From Octopus vulgaris (Eukaryota): DNA of 64,000 nucleotides. Shown one piece after another: positions 42,640-55,415 of the stretch; within the stretch, counting starts at the first letter, position 1, and each line of letters starts with the position of its first letter. The stretch lies in assembly GCA_951406725.2 (NCBI GenBank), contig OX597822.1:59458001-59522000 (forward strand), read 5' to 3'. The translations under genes were made by a program, and so were the position numbers. The notes below the pieces were generated by a model. That model saw only the letters and a list, made by a program, of their open reading frames with translations. It searched no databases and was not told the DNA's origin.

Positions 42640-43700
42640 ATATTCAAAAGAACTATAGAAAGCCAGACTGACATATCAAATTGTCTTGCTATATCACGGA
42701 AAAAAAACTTGTAGCCAAAAATGAAACTACTGAACTGTCCGAAAATTATAGGTCCACTGCTTACCTAAATATTATGTACAAACTTTATACAAACTATCTC
42801 AACCAATTCCTTTAAGATCGTTTTAAGTCCATCAACATAGTGACTGATGAGCAAATAGACAGAAGGGGGCATGTAGATGTGCCTAACATTTAATAAACAA
42901 AACTGCCAGAGAGACATTGACAGTATAGGGCGATTATAGGTCCTGGAGCCTCTGCACTTGGCAAAAACACGTACTCACAAAGACCTAGGCATCAATCCTC
43001 CCATTTTACCACTGGTATTATAAATATTTCAGAGAAAATATTCCAAGGACTTTTTGCAATGTTGTTTATTTTGATATCAAATCTGTTAGCAATTCTTTAA
43101 CAAACATCCAATTGATACATGCTAGGGCCTACAACTGCTAGAGGTACCAATGTAATTCACAATTTCTTTGTTGGATGACCTGTACATGGGTATGTTTCCC
43201 GAATACTTATAGATGACACTAATATCAGTATGAAGCGAAGCCTTTCTTGGACACGTGGCCACTACATCACATCAATCTTCGAAGGTATATATCTTTGTGG
43301 TCCAAGATTGCCACAAAATACTTAATCAACAAAAGAGACAGTTAATCCTTTGGAGTTTCAGGATGCAGCCAAAAATATCGATGCCACATTTCTGTGGAAG
43401 ACATGATACATGTGGTCAGTGGGTGTCCAAAATATCAATATAACGCGACATGACACAGAGTAATATACAATGCCATCCGAAACGAAGAGTCTTTGGATAA
43501 ATATAGAGGATCTTGTTATTAAACACATACACTAACGTAAACCTCTGCCAAATGCAAACGCAACATGCCGAAGAGAGCCTTTCTTGGCACAAACAAGAAA
43601 AAGTGTGTATCATCATTGAGGCCATTGTCCTGCCAAAATCAAAGAGACAGCGGTAACTACAGACAACTGCTTCGAAACCTTCAGATCTTAAACTCAAACT
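42640..43700 (+). mobile_element. Heavily degraded R4-like RT remnant
   Basis: Fragments ENYRSTAYLNIMYKLYT, NIVTDEQ, IFQG, FFV.DDL and a late CxxC/H/C-like remnant. Confidence 0.6.
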
Positions 43701-43708
43701 ATAAACTT

Positions 43709-43873
43709 AGGAGTGGCTTTGTGGTAAGTAGCTTTCTTAAGAACTACATGGTTCCGGGTTCAGTCCCACTGCCTGGCACTTTGGGCAAGTGCTTTCTACT
43801 ATAGCCTCGGGCCGACCAAAGCCTTGTGAATTGATTTGGTGGGCGGAAACTGAAAAAAAGCCCGTGGTATATA

Positions 43874-43928
<55 letters not shown>

Positions 43929-44135
43929 ATACATTTGTGTGTATGTGTTTGTACCCCCAACATCGCTAGACAACCGATGCTGGTGTGTTTACGTCCCCGT
44001 AACTTAGCGGTTCGGCAAAATAGACCGATCGAATAAGTACTAGGCTTACAAAGAATAAGTCCCGGGGTCGATTTGCTCGACTAAAGGCGGTGATCCAGCA
44101 TGGCCACAGTCAAATGACTGAAACAAGTAAAAGGG
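43709..44135 (+). mobile_element. SINE family A, complete
   Basis: Head, internal microsatellite and tail. Confidence 0.9.
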
Positions 44136-44711
44136 AGTACAGGTGTAATTGGTTTTGTTTGTAAATACCTAAGTGACAATATGGAGAAGCTAGAGTTTTC
44201 AGAAAAAAATAATTCAGCCAGATGAGAAGAACATTACAATTTGTAAAAATATACAAGACTTTTCTTAAGTTCAACTTAGGAAATTGTTTTTGTTATTTAC
44301 AGCCCAACAATGGAGCTTTGTATCTTTGTTAGAAACCAGCTCCTTCCTCACAGGAAGATTTTAAATGATTAAGATAAAAGGGAACTCTTACACACAGACA
44401 CACATACACACACACACACACGCAAACACACACACGCAAACGTACAAGCACATGCACACATATACATTCATTGAGATACATATTCGGATGCACATGTAAG
44501 CATATAAACATATATATATATATATATACGTAGCATTCCACTCAAATGACATTTGCCACCACGGACAAATATTTGGGTTCCTGAAATTTAGTGACGTGTA
44601 ATATTAAGTTAATTACTTTCGGCTCGTTTGATGCATAAAACAAATTCATTGTAATTTATTTTCGTCTAGTAAGTTTTATTTGATACAATGAAATACGTAT
44701 TTCTTTTCCAG

Positions 44712-45278
44712 AAACATCCTGTAGTCATCCTGCAGACGTGGTATTTTTGTTAGACTGCTCAGGAAGCCTCAGAAGAGATGAATTTTATGAACAATTAAAC
44801 TTTATGAGGAATTTCGTATCTGAAGCTGATGTTTCACGAAGTGTCGTAAGAGTTAGTTTAGTGACATTCTCAACTTATCCCAGAACGGAATTCTTTTTAA
44901 AAGATTATCGCACCAAGCGAGATGTGATGGCTGCCATTAGCAGAACACGCTATCGTGGTGGACGGACTCATACATGGACGGCATTAGATTATATACGTAA
45001 ATACTCCTTTTCACCAAAATTTGGAAGCCGGCCGGGTGTTCCTAAAATCTTAATCGTAATAACAGATGGAGGCTCTAACGAGAGATATAAGACAATACGG
45101 TCTGCAAGATTGATGAAATCACGAAAAATACGAACATACGCTATTGGAATTGGGAATCAGTTAAATCATGACGAACTAGTAAATTTAGCCTCAAAGAGTA
45201 CTTTCATATTTCATGTACCGAATTCCCATTCATTGAAAAAGATCCAAAATGATGTTCGAAGAAATGTATGTCGCTCAG
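44712..45278 (+). CDS. VWA domain exon 1 of a matrilin/collagen VI-like secreted protein
   Basis: TTCTTTTCCAG acceptor, G|GTAAGT donor, 567 nt, phase 1-1. CSHPADVVFLLDCSGS (MIDAS DxSxS), GGRTHT, ILIVITDG, YAIGIG and a closing Cys. Confidence 0.93.
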
Positions 45279-45617
45279 GTAAGTGACTAATCTTAAATTT
45301 TGTTAGTAAAAACCTTATGATTAGTCTTTGAGAGAACACATAGTCTAGCAAGGATTGGCTCCTATGTATGGGTGTGGACATTATAGAACTCTGGAAAGAA
45401 TGAGAGAGATAATTTCTATAAATTTTGCTGCTCTTGTTTAAACCCGCGTGACATCTCATGAGAGTATTTATGTTCAGAAGCATTCAAGCCACGACTATAC
45501 CATCACTTTCTTGGGCACACACACACACACACACATGTAATTGTTAAAGAGGACAACAAACGTCAAGGCAAGGCAAACATCTCACGTCATATACATAATT
45601 ATTATTGAAAAAATTCA

Positions 45618-45656
45618 GTCTTACAGCTGTTTCTGGGATATTCCGTCATCAGAGAC
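45618..45656 (-). ncRNA. Minimal type I hammerhead
   Basis: GTCT CTGATGA CGGAATATCCCA GAAA CAGCTG TA AGAC. Confidence 0.75.
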
Positions 45657-45925
45657 AAATAGAGAAAAATAGAGAAAATGAGAAGGGTATATATTAATGG
45701 AATGACAATATAGAGGAAAGAAGTAAAGGAATAAAGAGAGAAGAAAATAGTACAACTTTCCGATGTTCATAAGTCTTTAGGTGCAATCCTGCATAGATCC
45801 ATGTAGGTAAAAATCCTGATATTGTAAACATCTCTCTCTTCATCCCCTTATTCCTTTACTCCCTTCCTCTATGTTGCCATTCCATCAATATATACCCTTT
45901 TCAATTTCCCTATTTTCCCCTATTT

Positions 45926-45981
45926 GTCTCTGATGACGGAATATCCCATACTCGGTAATGTCCCAGAAACAGCTGTAAGAC
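45926..45981 (+). ncRNA. Minimal type I hammerhead
   Basis: GTCT CTGATGA -29 nt- GAAA CAGCTG TA AGAC. Confidence 0.75.
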
Positions 45982-46321
45982 TTTTTTTCAATGACAATAA
46001 TGTATACGACTTGAGATGTTTGTCTTGCCTTAACGTTTGTTGTCCTCTTTAGCAATTATGAATCTGCTGCATCGGAAATTTGCAATGGCTCCATAACTAC
46101 CGTTTCGGCTATAACATTGGAACCCTAGTAATCCGTTACAGTATTAACCTAGCGTACGTAATCGTTTAATCACCTGTGAACTAAACTCCCATACCTTGTA
46201 TATATATATATATGAATTATTAACGTGGCTATTCGCAATTTACAACCGACAGGCAACAAGTACAGTCGTCACTAAAGTGACGGAGGGTGCAGGTCAGCAC
46301 CACTATTGCTAGAAATAAGCA

Positions 46322-46352
<31 letters not shown>

Positions 46353-46441
46353 TATATATATATACATATATATAAAAGAAGAAAGGAAAATGGAGGTTGG
46401 GAAGTTAATAATTGTTTATTTTAACAACAAATTAATAATCA

Positions 46442-46524
46442 TCCCTTACAGCTGTTTCAATTAATACTCATTAAATATTCAGTAAATATTAAATTCATAT
46501 GGTCTGAGCATATCTTCAGAGGGA
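46442..46524 (-). ncRNA. Minimal type I hammerhead with a long stem/loop II
   Basis: TCCCT CTGAAGA TATGCTCA...TGAGTAT.. GAAA CAGCTG TA AGGGA, with a 5-bp stem I. Confidence 0.7.
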
Positions 46525-46616
46525 AAATAATATACCATTCGACATTTTATATGCGTTTATGGATTCATTTTTGCAAACTCTTCATGAGGTTAGCACAACC
46601 TCAAATCGAATGTATG

Positions 46617-46655
<39 letters not shown>

Positions 46656-46659
<4 letters not shown>

Positions 46660-46950
46660 GTTAAAGAAACGTTTAGGTAAGACAAGCATCTCAATTCATA
46701 TACGTTATTATTATTGGAACATTCAAAGTCTTACCGGTGTTTCTGGAATATCTCACGGATATACCAGAAACAGCTGTAAGACAACGTTTGCTGTCCTCTT
46801 TAGCAATTATAAATCTGGTAAATGGGAAATCTACAATAGTTCCATAACTCCCGTCTCGGCTATGACCTTGGAGTCCTGGTAATCCGTTGTAGCACTTATC
46901 CAGGGTGCCTCGTTGTTTCGATCACCTGTGAACTAAACCTCCATATTTTG
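46656..46950. mobile_element. Internally deleted copy of the 45537 fold-back element
   Basis: Same termini and tail (..ATCACCTGTGAACTAAAC..). The hairpin centre at about 46755 lies within hammerhead stem II. Confidence 0.75.
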
Positions 46951-46981
46951 TGTGTGTATATATATATAGAGAGAGAGAGAG

Positions 46982-47049
<68 letters not shown>

Positions 47050-47094
47050 TTGGAGTTTTGCAGAGCAGATAATATATATATATATATATGTATT

Positions 47095-47305
47095 CTGTAA
47101 ATAATAATTATAAGCTTTAAGGGATAAGCGTTAACCGTGTATTTGCTATAGAATATAGTTTAATATTTGGGGTATACAGACTAATTTTTATAGCCAATAC
47201 ACTGTGAACGCTTAGAAGCTTAAAGTTTATAATTATTTACAGAGTTTGATAGTGAAGATATGTCTCATGCTAAGAGGTTAATTACAACATCCTCTGGCAC
47301 CTGTA
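47095..47305. repeat. Imperfect fold-back (arms about 70 bp) plus tail between (TA)n tracts
   Basis: CTGTAAATAATAATTATAAGCTTTAAG..AAGCGTT..GTGTATT.GCTATA is mirrored at 47180-47243. Confidence 0.7.
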
Positions 47306-48376
47306 TATATATTTATATAGGTGTATTACACCGCTCTGTGATCGTCTATTTATATCGACGTGATTTAGACCATGGAGTGTTAAGTGTTTTGGAAAAATTA
47401 GAAGCAGAAACATTAATCTCTGATTTCTTCTTGTTTGGTTGTTCAAAACTCCTTCAGTCAGAAGTTATGAAGCTAAATAACAAGTTTTGTAGCTTCATTA
47501 AGCTGACTCAATTGAAGATACACAAAAACTTAGTAAATTGTCATTAAATCTGAAGTTTACTGAATTACTGCTGTGGTGAGATAAGAAAATTAGATTTTTT
47601 CTAGGGTGGATCCCATTAGATTATCTTCTGTAGAATATAGAACATTCATTAAGTGTATTGATAAAAGATTATAAATGGGTGTAGGCATGACTGTCGTTAA
47701 GAAGCTCTCGTAGCAACCTCATGGATTCAGGTTCAATCCCAATGCGTGGTACTTTAGGCGAGTGTCTTCTATTATAGACTTGGGTTGATAAAACTGGTCA
47801 GAGAGGCTATTTGTGTTTTTAAGAAGCGGACGTAAACCATCACACGGTTTAACATCACCAGCTGACCTTTGATAGTGTCTACTCTATTGCATCCAGGCAA
47901 CCTTATTAATAGTGTGAAACAAAAAATAAAAGGAATCTAAAAAATGTGTTATTTATGTATTCAATACATTTTAATATTCCAGCGGCATGTATTTATACAT
48001 GAGATAAACTCTCAAGAAGTAACTAAGTTGAACCCCGCCCTAAAATATTATGAGATATCTTTTCTTTTTCGCTGTGGAAAGTAGGGTTTTATCACTTTTA
48101 GTTCTATATTTAAGAGATGAGGAATTATGTACATTATTTACATTCGACGGATATTTGTCCTCATCTTGTTTGTTGTTAACACAATGTTTTGGCTGGTCAT
48201 GTATGCAAAAATGGAGACCACCTACCCCTGTAGGATGAAGTTAAAATAATAGACAGAAAACACCACTGGAAAATACGAAAGCTAAAAGAAGTAGCACATA
48301 TACTAGGACACAACAACCTCCTAAGCAGACCGAGTGCAGATATGAGCAGCATATGGGAAACAGTATTAAGGAAGGA

Positions 48377-48611
48377 GTAAGGCGGTGAGCTGGCAGAATC
48401 GTTAGCACACCGGGCGCAATGCTTAGTGATATTTCGTCTGCGTTACGTTGTGAGTTCAAATTCCGCCGAGGTCGACTTTGCCTTTCATCCTTTCGGGGTC
48501 GATAAATTAAGTACCAGTTACGCACTGGGGTCGATGTAATCGACTTAATACCTATGTCTGTCCTTGTTTGTCCCCTCTGTGTTTAGCCCCTTGTGGGTAA
48601 TAAAGAAATAG
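48377..48611 (+). mobile_element. SINE family D with a 14-bp TSD
   Basis: GTATTAAGGAAGGA at 48363-48376 and 48612-48625; Nin/Deu-like core. Confidence 0.9.
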
Positions 48612-48675
48612 GTATTAAGGAAGGATAGAAAAATATTAGATTTATAAGCCCTAATATTCATTCCATAATTGCTCA

Positions 48676-48770
48676 CGAACATATGGCGTAGTGGTTAAGA
48701 GCGCGGGCTACTAACCCCAAGATTCCGAGTTCGATTCCAAGCAGTGACCTGAGTATTAATAATAATAACA
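48676..48770 (+). mobile_element. Very short tRNA-derived SINE with (AAT)n tail
   Basis: TGGCGTAGTGG A box, GAGTTCGATTCC B box, (AAT)n tail. Confidence 0.65.
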
Positions 48771-48792
48771 ACAGGTTCGAAATTTCCCCAAA

Positions 48793-48836
48793 GCACCTGA
48801 AGAAGGTTGGAGGGTATATCAGCGGAAACGTTGTAT
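48793..48836 (+). ncRNA. Minimal type I hammerhead (ACGT stem III)
   Basis: GCAC CTGAAGA AGGTTGG..TCAGCG GAAA CG TT GTAT. The partner arm suggests an ancestral CAGCC and GTGT. Confidence 0.6.
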
Positions 48837-49228
48837 TAACAACAAACAAGTTGAGAACAAATATCTATCGAATGTAAATTGTCACTTTTAGCTTCTATCT
48901 CGGTTCATGTAATGCACAGACGCTTTCTTCTTGGGGTAATCGCGTTTCATATCCAGTTATTTCTATGTATATAAAAGCAATTACATCGTGGAAGAATAAA
49001 TTTAGCTGTTTAAAACAGAAATTACTATACTAACTTTTCATTAATTTGTTCATAGTAAAAAAACATTTGTCGGTCACTGAATTTTAGACACATTTTAATA
49101 GTCTCAACTATTATGAAAAAAAAAGGAATTCAATGTATATCCAATTTGTGTTTGAACTGGCTAAAATGCATGTTTCTTTCAAACAAAGTATTTCAGTTTT
49201 AACTTATGGTCTTTATTTTATCCCTCAC

Positions 49229-49277
<49 letters not shown>

Positions 49278-49302
49278 CACACACACACACACTTACACGC
49301 AC

Positions 49303-49770
49303 AGAGGGCGTTCGGGCTAAATGTGACCGTTTGTATAAAAGGTAAAGAAAATACAATATGAAAATATTTTAAAAAATCAAATATGAACTGGCTGGGAGAT
49401 AACAGTTTACTCAAAGTAGCTACCCTCAGCCTCCACCGCGGCCTCAATATGGCCGTTCCTCTGTTTCCTCGGGAAGGTCTTCGAACAGCTTGATTTTAGC
49501 TACCAGCTTGACCTGAGTGAGGCAGGATGAGCGGTTGGTATCTCTCTCAACCGTGCCTCAAACATAGTATTTCATGAAATTAAAATCGGGAGAATTAGGA
49601 GAAGAAAGTGGAGCACGTGAAGTCGTACCCGTTTTCCATCAACTACTTCTGACTCTTTCCGGATGTGTTGCAAAGAGCCAATCTGCTGCCTCACATACGG
49701 CCTTACAATAGCAACCTTCTCTAGCCAGGGATTGACCACAGACTCCAGTAACTTCACAGATGTAGGGGTA
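49303..49770 (-). mobile_element. Second maT-like remnant
   Basis: Shares GAGATAACAGTTTACTCAAAGTA and the terminal sequence with the 22525 copy. Confidence 0.7.
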
Positions 49771-49787
49771 AACCCTGGCATGCAGAC

Positions 49788-49819
<32 letters not shown>

Positions 49820-49821
<2 letters not shown>

Positions 49822-50124
49822 AGGCGCAATGACCCAGTAGTTAGGGCAGCGGACTCGCGGTTGTAGTATCGCGGTTTCGATTTCCAGACCGGGCGTTGTG
49901 AGTGTTTATTGAGCGAAAACACCTAAAGCTCCACAATACTCCGGAAAGGGGTGGTGCGATCCCTGCTGTACTCTTTCGCCACAACTTTCTCTCACTCTTT
50001 CTTTCTTCTGTTGGCCTTCTCGCTTAACCAGCGGGGTGGCGTCATTTGAAGGCTAAAACAATACAAAGCGCATTGTGACCAGCGATGTGTAGCAATATCT
50101 GATAGCCTGGTCGATCACGGTGAT
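49820..50124 (+). mobile_element. SINE family C, complete
   Basis: tRNA-Arg-like head (..GGACTCGCGG..), then body and tail, between (TA)n and (TG)n. Confidence 0.85.
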
Positions 50125-50279
50125 ATTTATGTGTGTGTGTGTGTGTGTGCATGCGTGTGTGTGTGTGTGTGTTAATACATACAAATATACGCATAATTTA
50201 AGCAAATGTATTTGTAATTGAAACTACTTTTGTTATGAATGTAATTTATCTTTAAACAATATTTTTTCTTATTTTGCAG

Positions 50280-50872
50280 TTTGTGATATTTGGCCTGCTG
50301 ACATTGTATTCCTGTTGGACGATTCCACCAGTATATGGGACAACGATTATCAAAAACAACTCACATTCTTGTCTGAGTTTGTGAAAGATATCACTATTGG
50401 TCCAAAGAAATCACAAATAAGCGTGGTGACATTTAGTTCTCGGCCAAAGACACAATTTTGGCTGCGAGACCATTTGAGTAAAACGGAAGTATTGAGCGCC
50501 ATTAAACATATCGATCGAATGTATGGAGACACGTACACATCTGACGGATTACGAATGATAAGAGAACACAGCTTCTCACCTCGATACGGCGGAAGAATTA
50601 AAGCTTCACACATTGTTATTGTTATAACAGATGGCAAATCAACTATACCAACAGAAACTGTAAACCAAGCAAAAAAGCTACATGATACAAAAGCAATAGT
50701 ATTTGCAATCGGTGTCGGTCGCCGTGTTGACCCAATAGAACTAAATAGCATTGCAAGTGAACGTCAATTTGTCTTCCAGGTTGACAGCTACGATGCTTTG
50801 ACAACGATTAAAACAAAACTCTCTCAAAAAGTTTGCACACTTTCCATAACAAAAGTAGGAGAATGGGATTAA
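50280..50872 (+). CDS. VWA domain exon 2, probably the terminal coding exon
   Basis: CTTATTTTGCAG acceptor in phase 1. (V)CDIWPADIVFLLDDSTS, GDTYT, VIVITDG, FAIGVG, KVC, stop TAA at 50870. Confidence 0.92.
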
Positions 50873-52487
50873 AACAAAATACTTCAGATTTTAAGTACAA
50901 TAAGGTATTATTTGATTTCACACGCAAACGTGACAGTTCCATAAATTTAGATAGCTTTCGCAGTTATTATGTTTATAAGAAACCGAAGTGAAACTTGAGT
51001 GAAAGTTTTGAATATTTGATACTAAATTCGTTTAAGGGTTTGAAAAGCCTGAAAATATTTAGCACCCAATTTCACTGAAACGTTTGTCAGAAATACAAAA
51101 AGAGATTGTCTAGATGGAGTAGTTACCGAAAAAGTGTTGACATTCTTTTAAAGAGTTTGTAGCATAATTATTGATTATTTATTCTCCAACCCCAAATCCA
51201 AAAAAACATCGCTGAAGTGTATCGTATTTGGAAATACATTTAATCACGATGTGAAATTTACATTGAAAAACTAAAAATGAATGCTGCAAAAGGTGAAAGT
51301 ATTCAAAAGTCAATACAACTACTATTACATTCCGCGATATTGCAACAGAATAACTCAAACATTATTTTTCTGTTCTGTTATATTTTTCTCTCATATTTTC
51401 TGGAAAAAAGTGGTGAATATTGAAGAGATAACAAATATACTATAACACTTCTGTGATTTAAATTACCATTCATTCGTGACAGGAAGGCATTTTCATAAAG
51501 TTTTAACAAAGAATAAGGAAGTTAATAGTAACTAATTTATCATTGTACTACCATCACAATATCTTACATATTATTGTTAACATTTTAGCTTTGACTGGAA
51601 TTTAGGATTGTAACATTATGGAATCTGCAGTTGACTGCCGCAATGCTTAAAGAATCTGACAAAATACTTTCTGGTAGATGGTATTTTGTTGAGTTCTTTT
51701 TCACTTTGTGTTCGAACCCATGAAGTCGGTTTTGCATTTCATCCTTCCGAAGTCAATAAAATACATACAAGTCAAGTATGTTTTTCATCCATTGTCCCCT
51801 CTCCACAGAAAATTGTGACGCCAACGCTTAAATTGTGGTTTGGATGTTTGTTATCTTTTCCCTGACTGAGGTGACGTTCTTCTGTAAGAAATCATTTCAC
51901 CCAGGTGTACAATATAAAATGTTCAAAGAAAAATGAAAGAGAAAAAGAAAGAAATATGAACAACAATGAAAAACGATTTGTTAATATATGCAGTAGAGAC
52001 ATTAAAATTCAAAAAACTTATTGTTGAAGTTACGAAAATATATAACCAGAAATATGTTATCTTGAGTTACTTCAGATCGTTTTTTCATTAGCAAATTACC
52101 TTTTGTCAGCTTCTGGAAAGTTAGTTGGAGAAACGGTGTTTTTTTTCCCCACCATTTGTGATAGACTGAGGACTGAGACGAGCGATGGTGAAAAGAGACT
52201 AAACTAAAAGAATACAAAAGTACCAATACATACTTACTAATTTTACTCCAAATCCCATTCATTTTGTAAAACAATTTCGAGTAAACTAGTATTTTCTGTA
52301 ATTTATATTTGATACCAATTTGATAATAAAATGCGAAAACGAATAATAAATGGTTCTCGTCTTGATTATATAGGTATTTATCATTATGGAATACAAATAA
52401 AAACTTTTAATGTACATGTGTCTGTGGAATATATGAGTGATGTATGTGCATTGAGATTGTCTGAATACAAAATCAAAATCATATACA

Positions 52488-52927
52488 CTCTTTTACTTGT
52501 TTCAGTCATTTGACTGCGACCATGCTGGAGCACCGCCTTTAGTCGAGCAAATTGACCCCAGGACTTATGCTTTGTAAGCCTAGTACTTATTCTATCGGTC
52601 CCTTTTGCCGAACCGCTAAGTTACGGGGACGTAAACACACCACCATCGGTTGTCAAGAGATGTTGGGGAACAAACACAGACACACAAACACAAACACACA
52701 CATACATATAAACAGATATACGACAGGCTTTTTTCAGTTTCTGTCTACTAAATCCACTCACAAGGCTTTGGTCGGCCCGAGGCTATAGTAGAAGATGCTT
52801 ACCAACCACATGATTCCGGGTTCAGTCCTACTGCGTGGCACCTTGGGCAAGTGTCTTCTACTATAGCCTCGGGCCGAATAAAGCCTTGTGAGTGGATTTA
52901 GTAGACGGAAACTGAAAGAAGCCCATC

Positions 52928-52970
<43 letters not shown>

Positions 52971-53180
52971 CGTGTGTGTTTGTGTTTGTCCCCTGAACAT
53001 CGCTTGACAACCGATGCTAGTATGTTTACATCCCCGTAACTTAACGGTTCGGCAAAAGAGACCGATAGCATAAGTACTAGGCTTATAAAGAATAAGTCCT
53101 GGGTTCAATTTCTTCGACTAAAGGTGGTACTCCTGCATGGCCGCAGTCAAAATGACTGCAACGAGTAAAAGAGCAAAAGA
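52488..53180. mobile_element. Two family A SINEs fused head to head
   Basis: A minus copy at 52488-52794 abuts a plus copy at 52795-53180; both are 5'-truncated at the junction. Confidence 0.85.
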
Positions 53181-53439
53181 ATAGAGAAACAGCCTGTTTC
53201 AAACCTAGATCCAAGGCTCCTTCATTGGAATTTCATCAACATCAACAGGGTATGTATGTATGTATGTATGTATGTATGTATGTATGTATGTATGTATGTA
53301 TGTATGTATGTATGTATGTATGTATGTATGTATGTATGTATGTGTGTATACGTGCAGATTTGTATGTTTTGTTTTGTGTCTATCTTCTCATGCATATATT
53401 TGCATATCTAGACATGCTCATATATATGAGATTTGACTA

Positions 53440-53875
53440 ATAAGTATCCGACTAATAAGTATCCGTTCTAGCTCACTTCCGCTGCTTACAGCAGTGCTTG
53501 GAAGTAACGTATGTAGCGTGAGTTGGTTGTATTAACTATAGCAGAGAACTGAGCTGAGAATCTGCATCAAATTTTGGCAAAAGCTTGGCCATACTTGCTC
53601 ATAGGCCTACGCAAATTTGGATATGAGACGCGTGTCTGCCAAGTTTGTGCCAAAACTGCTTTCAGCTGACCAGAAGGACATTCAGGTTTCAGTTGCACAA
53701 AATCTCCTTGATTGTGTCGAGAACGATGAAAACTTTTTGGAAACTTTTCTAGGCCTCGAAGCAAGTATGACCAAGCTTTTGACAAAATTTGATGCAGATT
53801 CTCAGCTCAACTCGCTGTCATGGCTAATACGACGAACACACGCTACACACGTTACTTCGAAGCACTGCTGTAAAT
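53440..53875. mobile_element. mariner deletion derivative made of two inverted 5' ends
   Basis: 53487-53600 is mirrored by 53760-53873. The middle encodes MRRVSAKFVPKLLSADQK..ENDENFL. Confidence 0.75.
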
Positions 53876-54245
53876 ATCAGGTGGTAAGTAGCTTGCTTAC
53901 CAACCACATGGTTCCGGCTTCAGTCCCACTGCGTGGTACCTTGGGAAAGTGTCTTCTACTATAGCCTCGGGCCGACCAAAGCCTTGTGAGTGGATTTAGT
54001 CGACAGAAACTGAAAAAAGCCTACTAACATTTCCTGATTTGTATCTCATTATTCAGTTTTACTTCAAGATCTCTTGCCAATAGGCGCAGGAGTGGCTGTG
54101 TGGTAAGTAGCATGGTTACCAACTACATGATTCCGGGTTCAGTCCCAGTGCGTGGCACCTTAGGCAAGTGTCTTCTACTATAGCCTCGGGCCGAATAAAG
54201 CTTTGTGAGTGGATTGGATAGACGGAAACTGAAAGAAGCCCGCCG

Positions 54246-54278
<33 letters not shown>

Positions 54279-54333
54279 AGTGAATTGAAGAAATGGAGTT
54301 GAACGAAGATTGAACAGAATTCCTTTTATTGCA

Positions 54334-54413
54334 TTCTACACATGTTTCAAAAGCCACAATTTTCCAAATTCTGATTAAATAAGGATTCCATATTGTGGCT
54401 TTCTCTTCAGGAA
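54334..54413 (-). ncRNA. Hammerhead ribozyme in the PLE pLTR
   Basis: TTC CTGAAGA GAAAGCCACAAT-loop-ATTGTGGCTTTT GAAA CATGTG TA GAA, with a 12-bp stem II. Confidence 0.8.
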
Positions 54414-55026
54414 AAAAATAGGAATTCCGTTGGCAGAACAAAACAGAACAGAGGCGCAGCAAAGCAATTTGAACGAGGAGGCTCTTTAAGAGCCCATGGC
54501 TGAACTGATTATCAATGTACGTTGAAATCGGGTGGTGGGTGCGTTGAAGATATTTACAGGTCAGGCGGCGTTCAAATCCAGTAGGTGAGAGCAGGGGGTG
54601 TGGAGATGTTCTGTGTGACCAAAACTAAAATTCTGAATATTTTAAGAATACTGGGTGTATTTTTTGGGGGCGAGACAAAAACTACCTAGAAGCATGTATG
54701 TGTGTACTGGCCTATGTGTGCGCGGCCGTATGTTGGTAAAAGGCGCTACATAATGGTTACTGCTGAAAAATTCGTCAGGCGGCAGAAAATTATTTTTTGT
54801 GTTCGTGTGTTCGTCTAGGCCTGCTTGTCAAAAAATTAACGTCGTCAAAGAATCCTAAGGGTATATAAAATTCCAGCGTTTGCTTCCAAAACAAACCCCC
54901 ATTCGCCTAATGGGAGTAATTTCCCCTTGCAAGGGTTATTCATATTTCTTAAAAAGCTTTTTCAAAAATTATTTCCAAGGATTATTTTCATTTTAGTAGG
55001 GTAACAGGTGCTAATTATCTTAGGTA

Positions 55027-55415
55027 TCATTTATAAGCAAGATAAGTATAACGCCGCCAATGGGGACATCGAAAAGCCGACTGTAAAAGTCCGTTTACCA
55101 ACCGGTCTCTGGCGAACAATATGTGGAAAAGCTCAGAGACACAAAGATTGCACTTCCTTCTGCCCCTATCAAATGGGAGGGCCACCGACAAAATCGACCA
55201 TTCCAGCCTGAAACCTGAGTTCGCGTTCTTCAAACCCCATATAAGCTTGCTAAGTCCCGTAGCTTGGTATTTATTCACGTCGCGAAAAGTTGCGAAATGG
55301 TTGGAAATTCGCAAGGCCAATTTTGACGATGAGGCCCCGACATACGAGTAGACATCTGAGTCCGTGTAAACCTTACATTGGTAAATGGCATTTCTGATCT
55401 TGGAGTTACTCGACA
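55027..55415 (-). pseudogene. GIY-YIG endonuclease fragment of a PLE
   Basis: AIYQCKV..SYVGASS..RISNH..FR..GLSKLIWGLK..LEWSIL..KCNLCVSE. Confidence 0.85.

Larger units (their letters stand above)
45537..46198. mobile_element. Fold-back element with a hammerhead in each arm plus a ~140-bp tail
   Basis: Imperfect inverted arms at about 45538-45745 and 45835-46058, bounded by (CA)n and (TA)n. A deleted relative lies at 46656-46950. Confidence 0.8.
48110..48880. mobile_element. Fold-back element (inverted arms about 60 bp) with a hammerhead, interrupted by two SINEs
   Basis: 48136-48196 is the reverse complement of 48819-48880. Confidence 0.7.
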
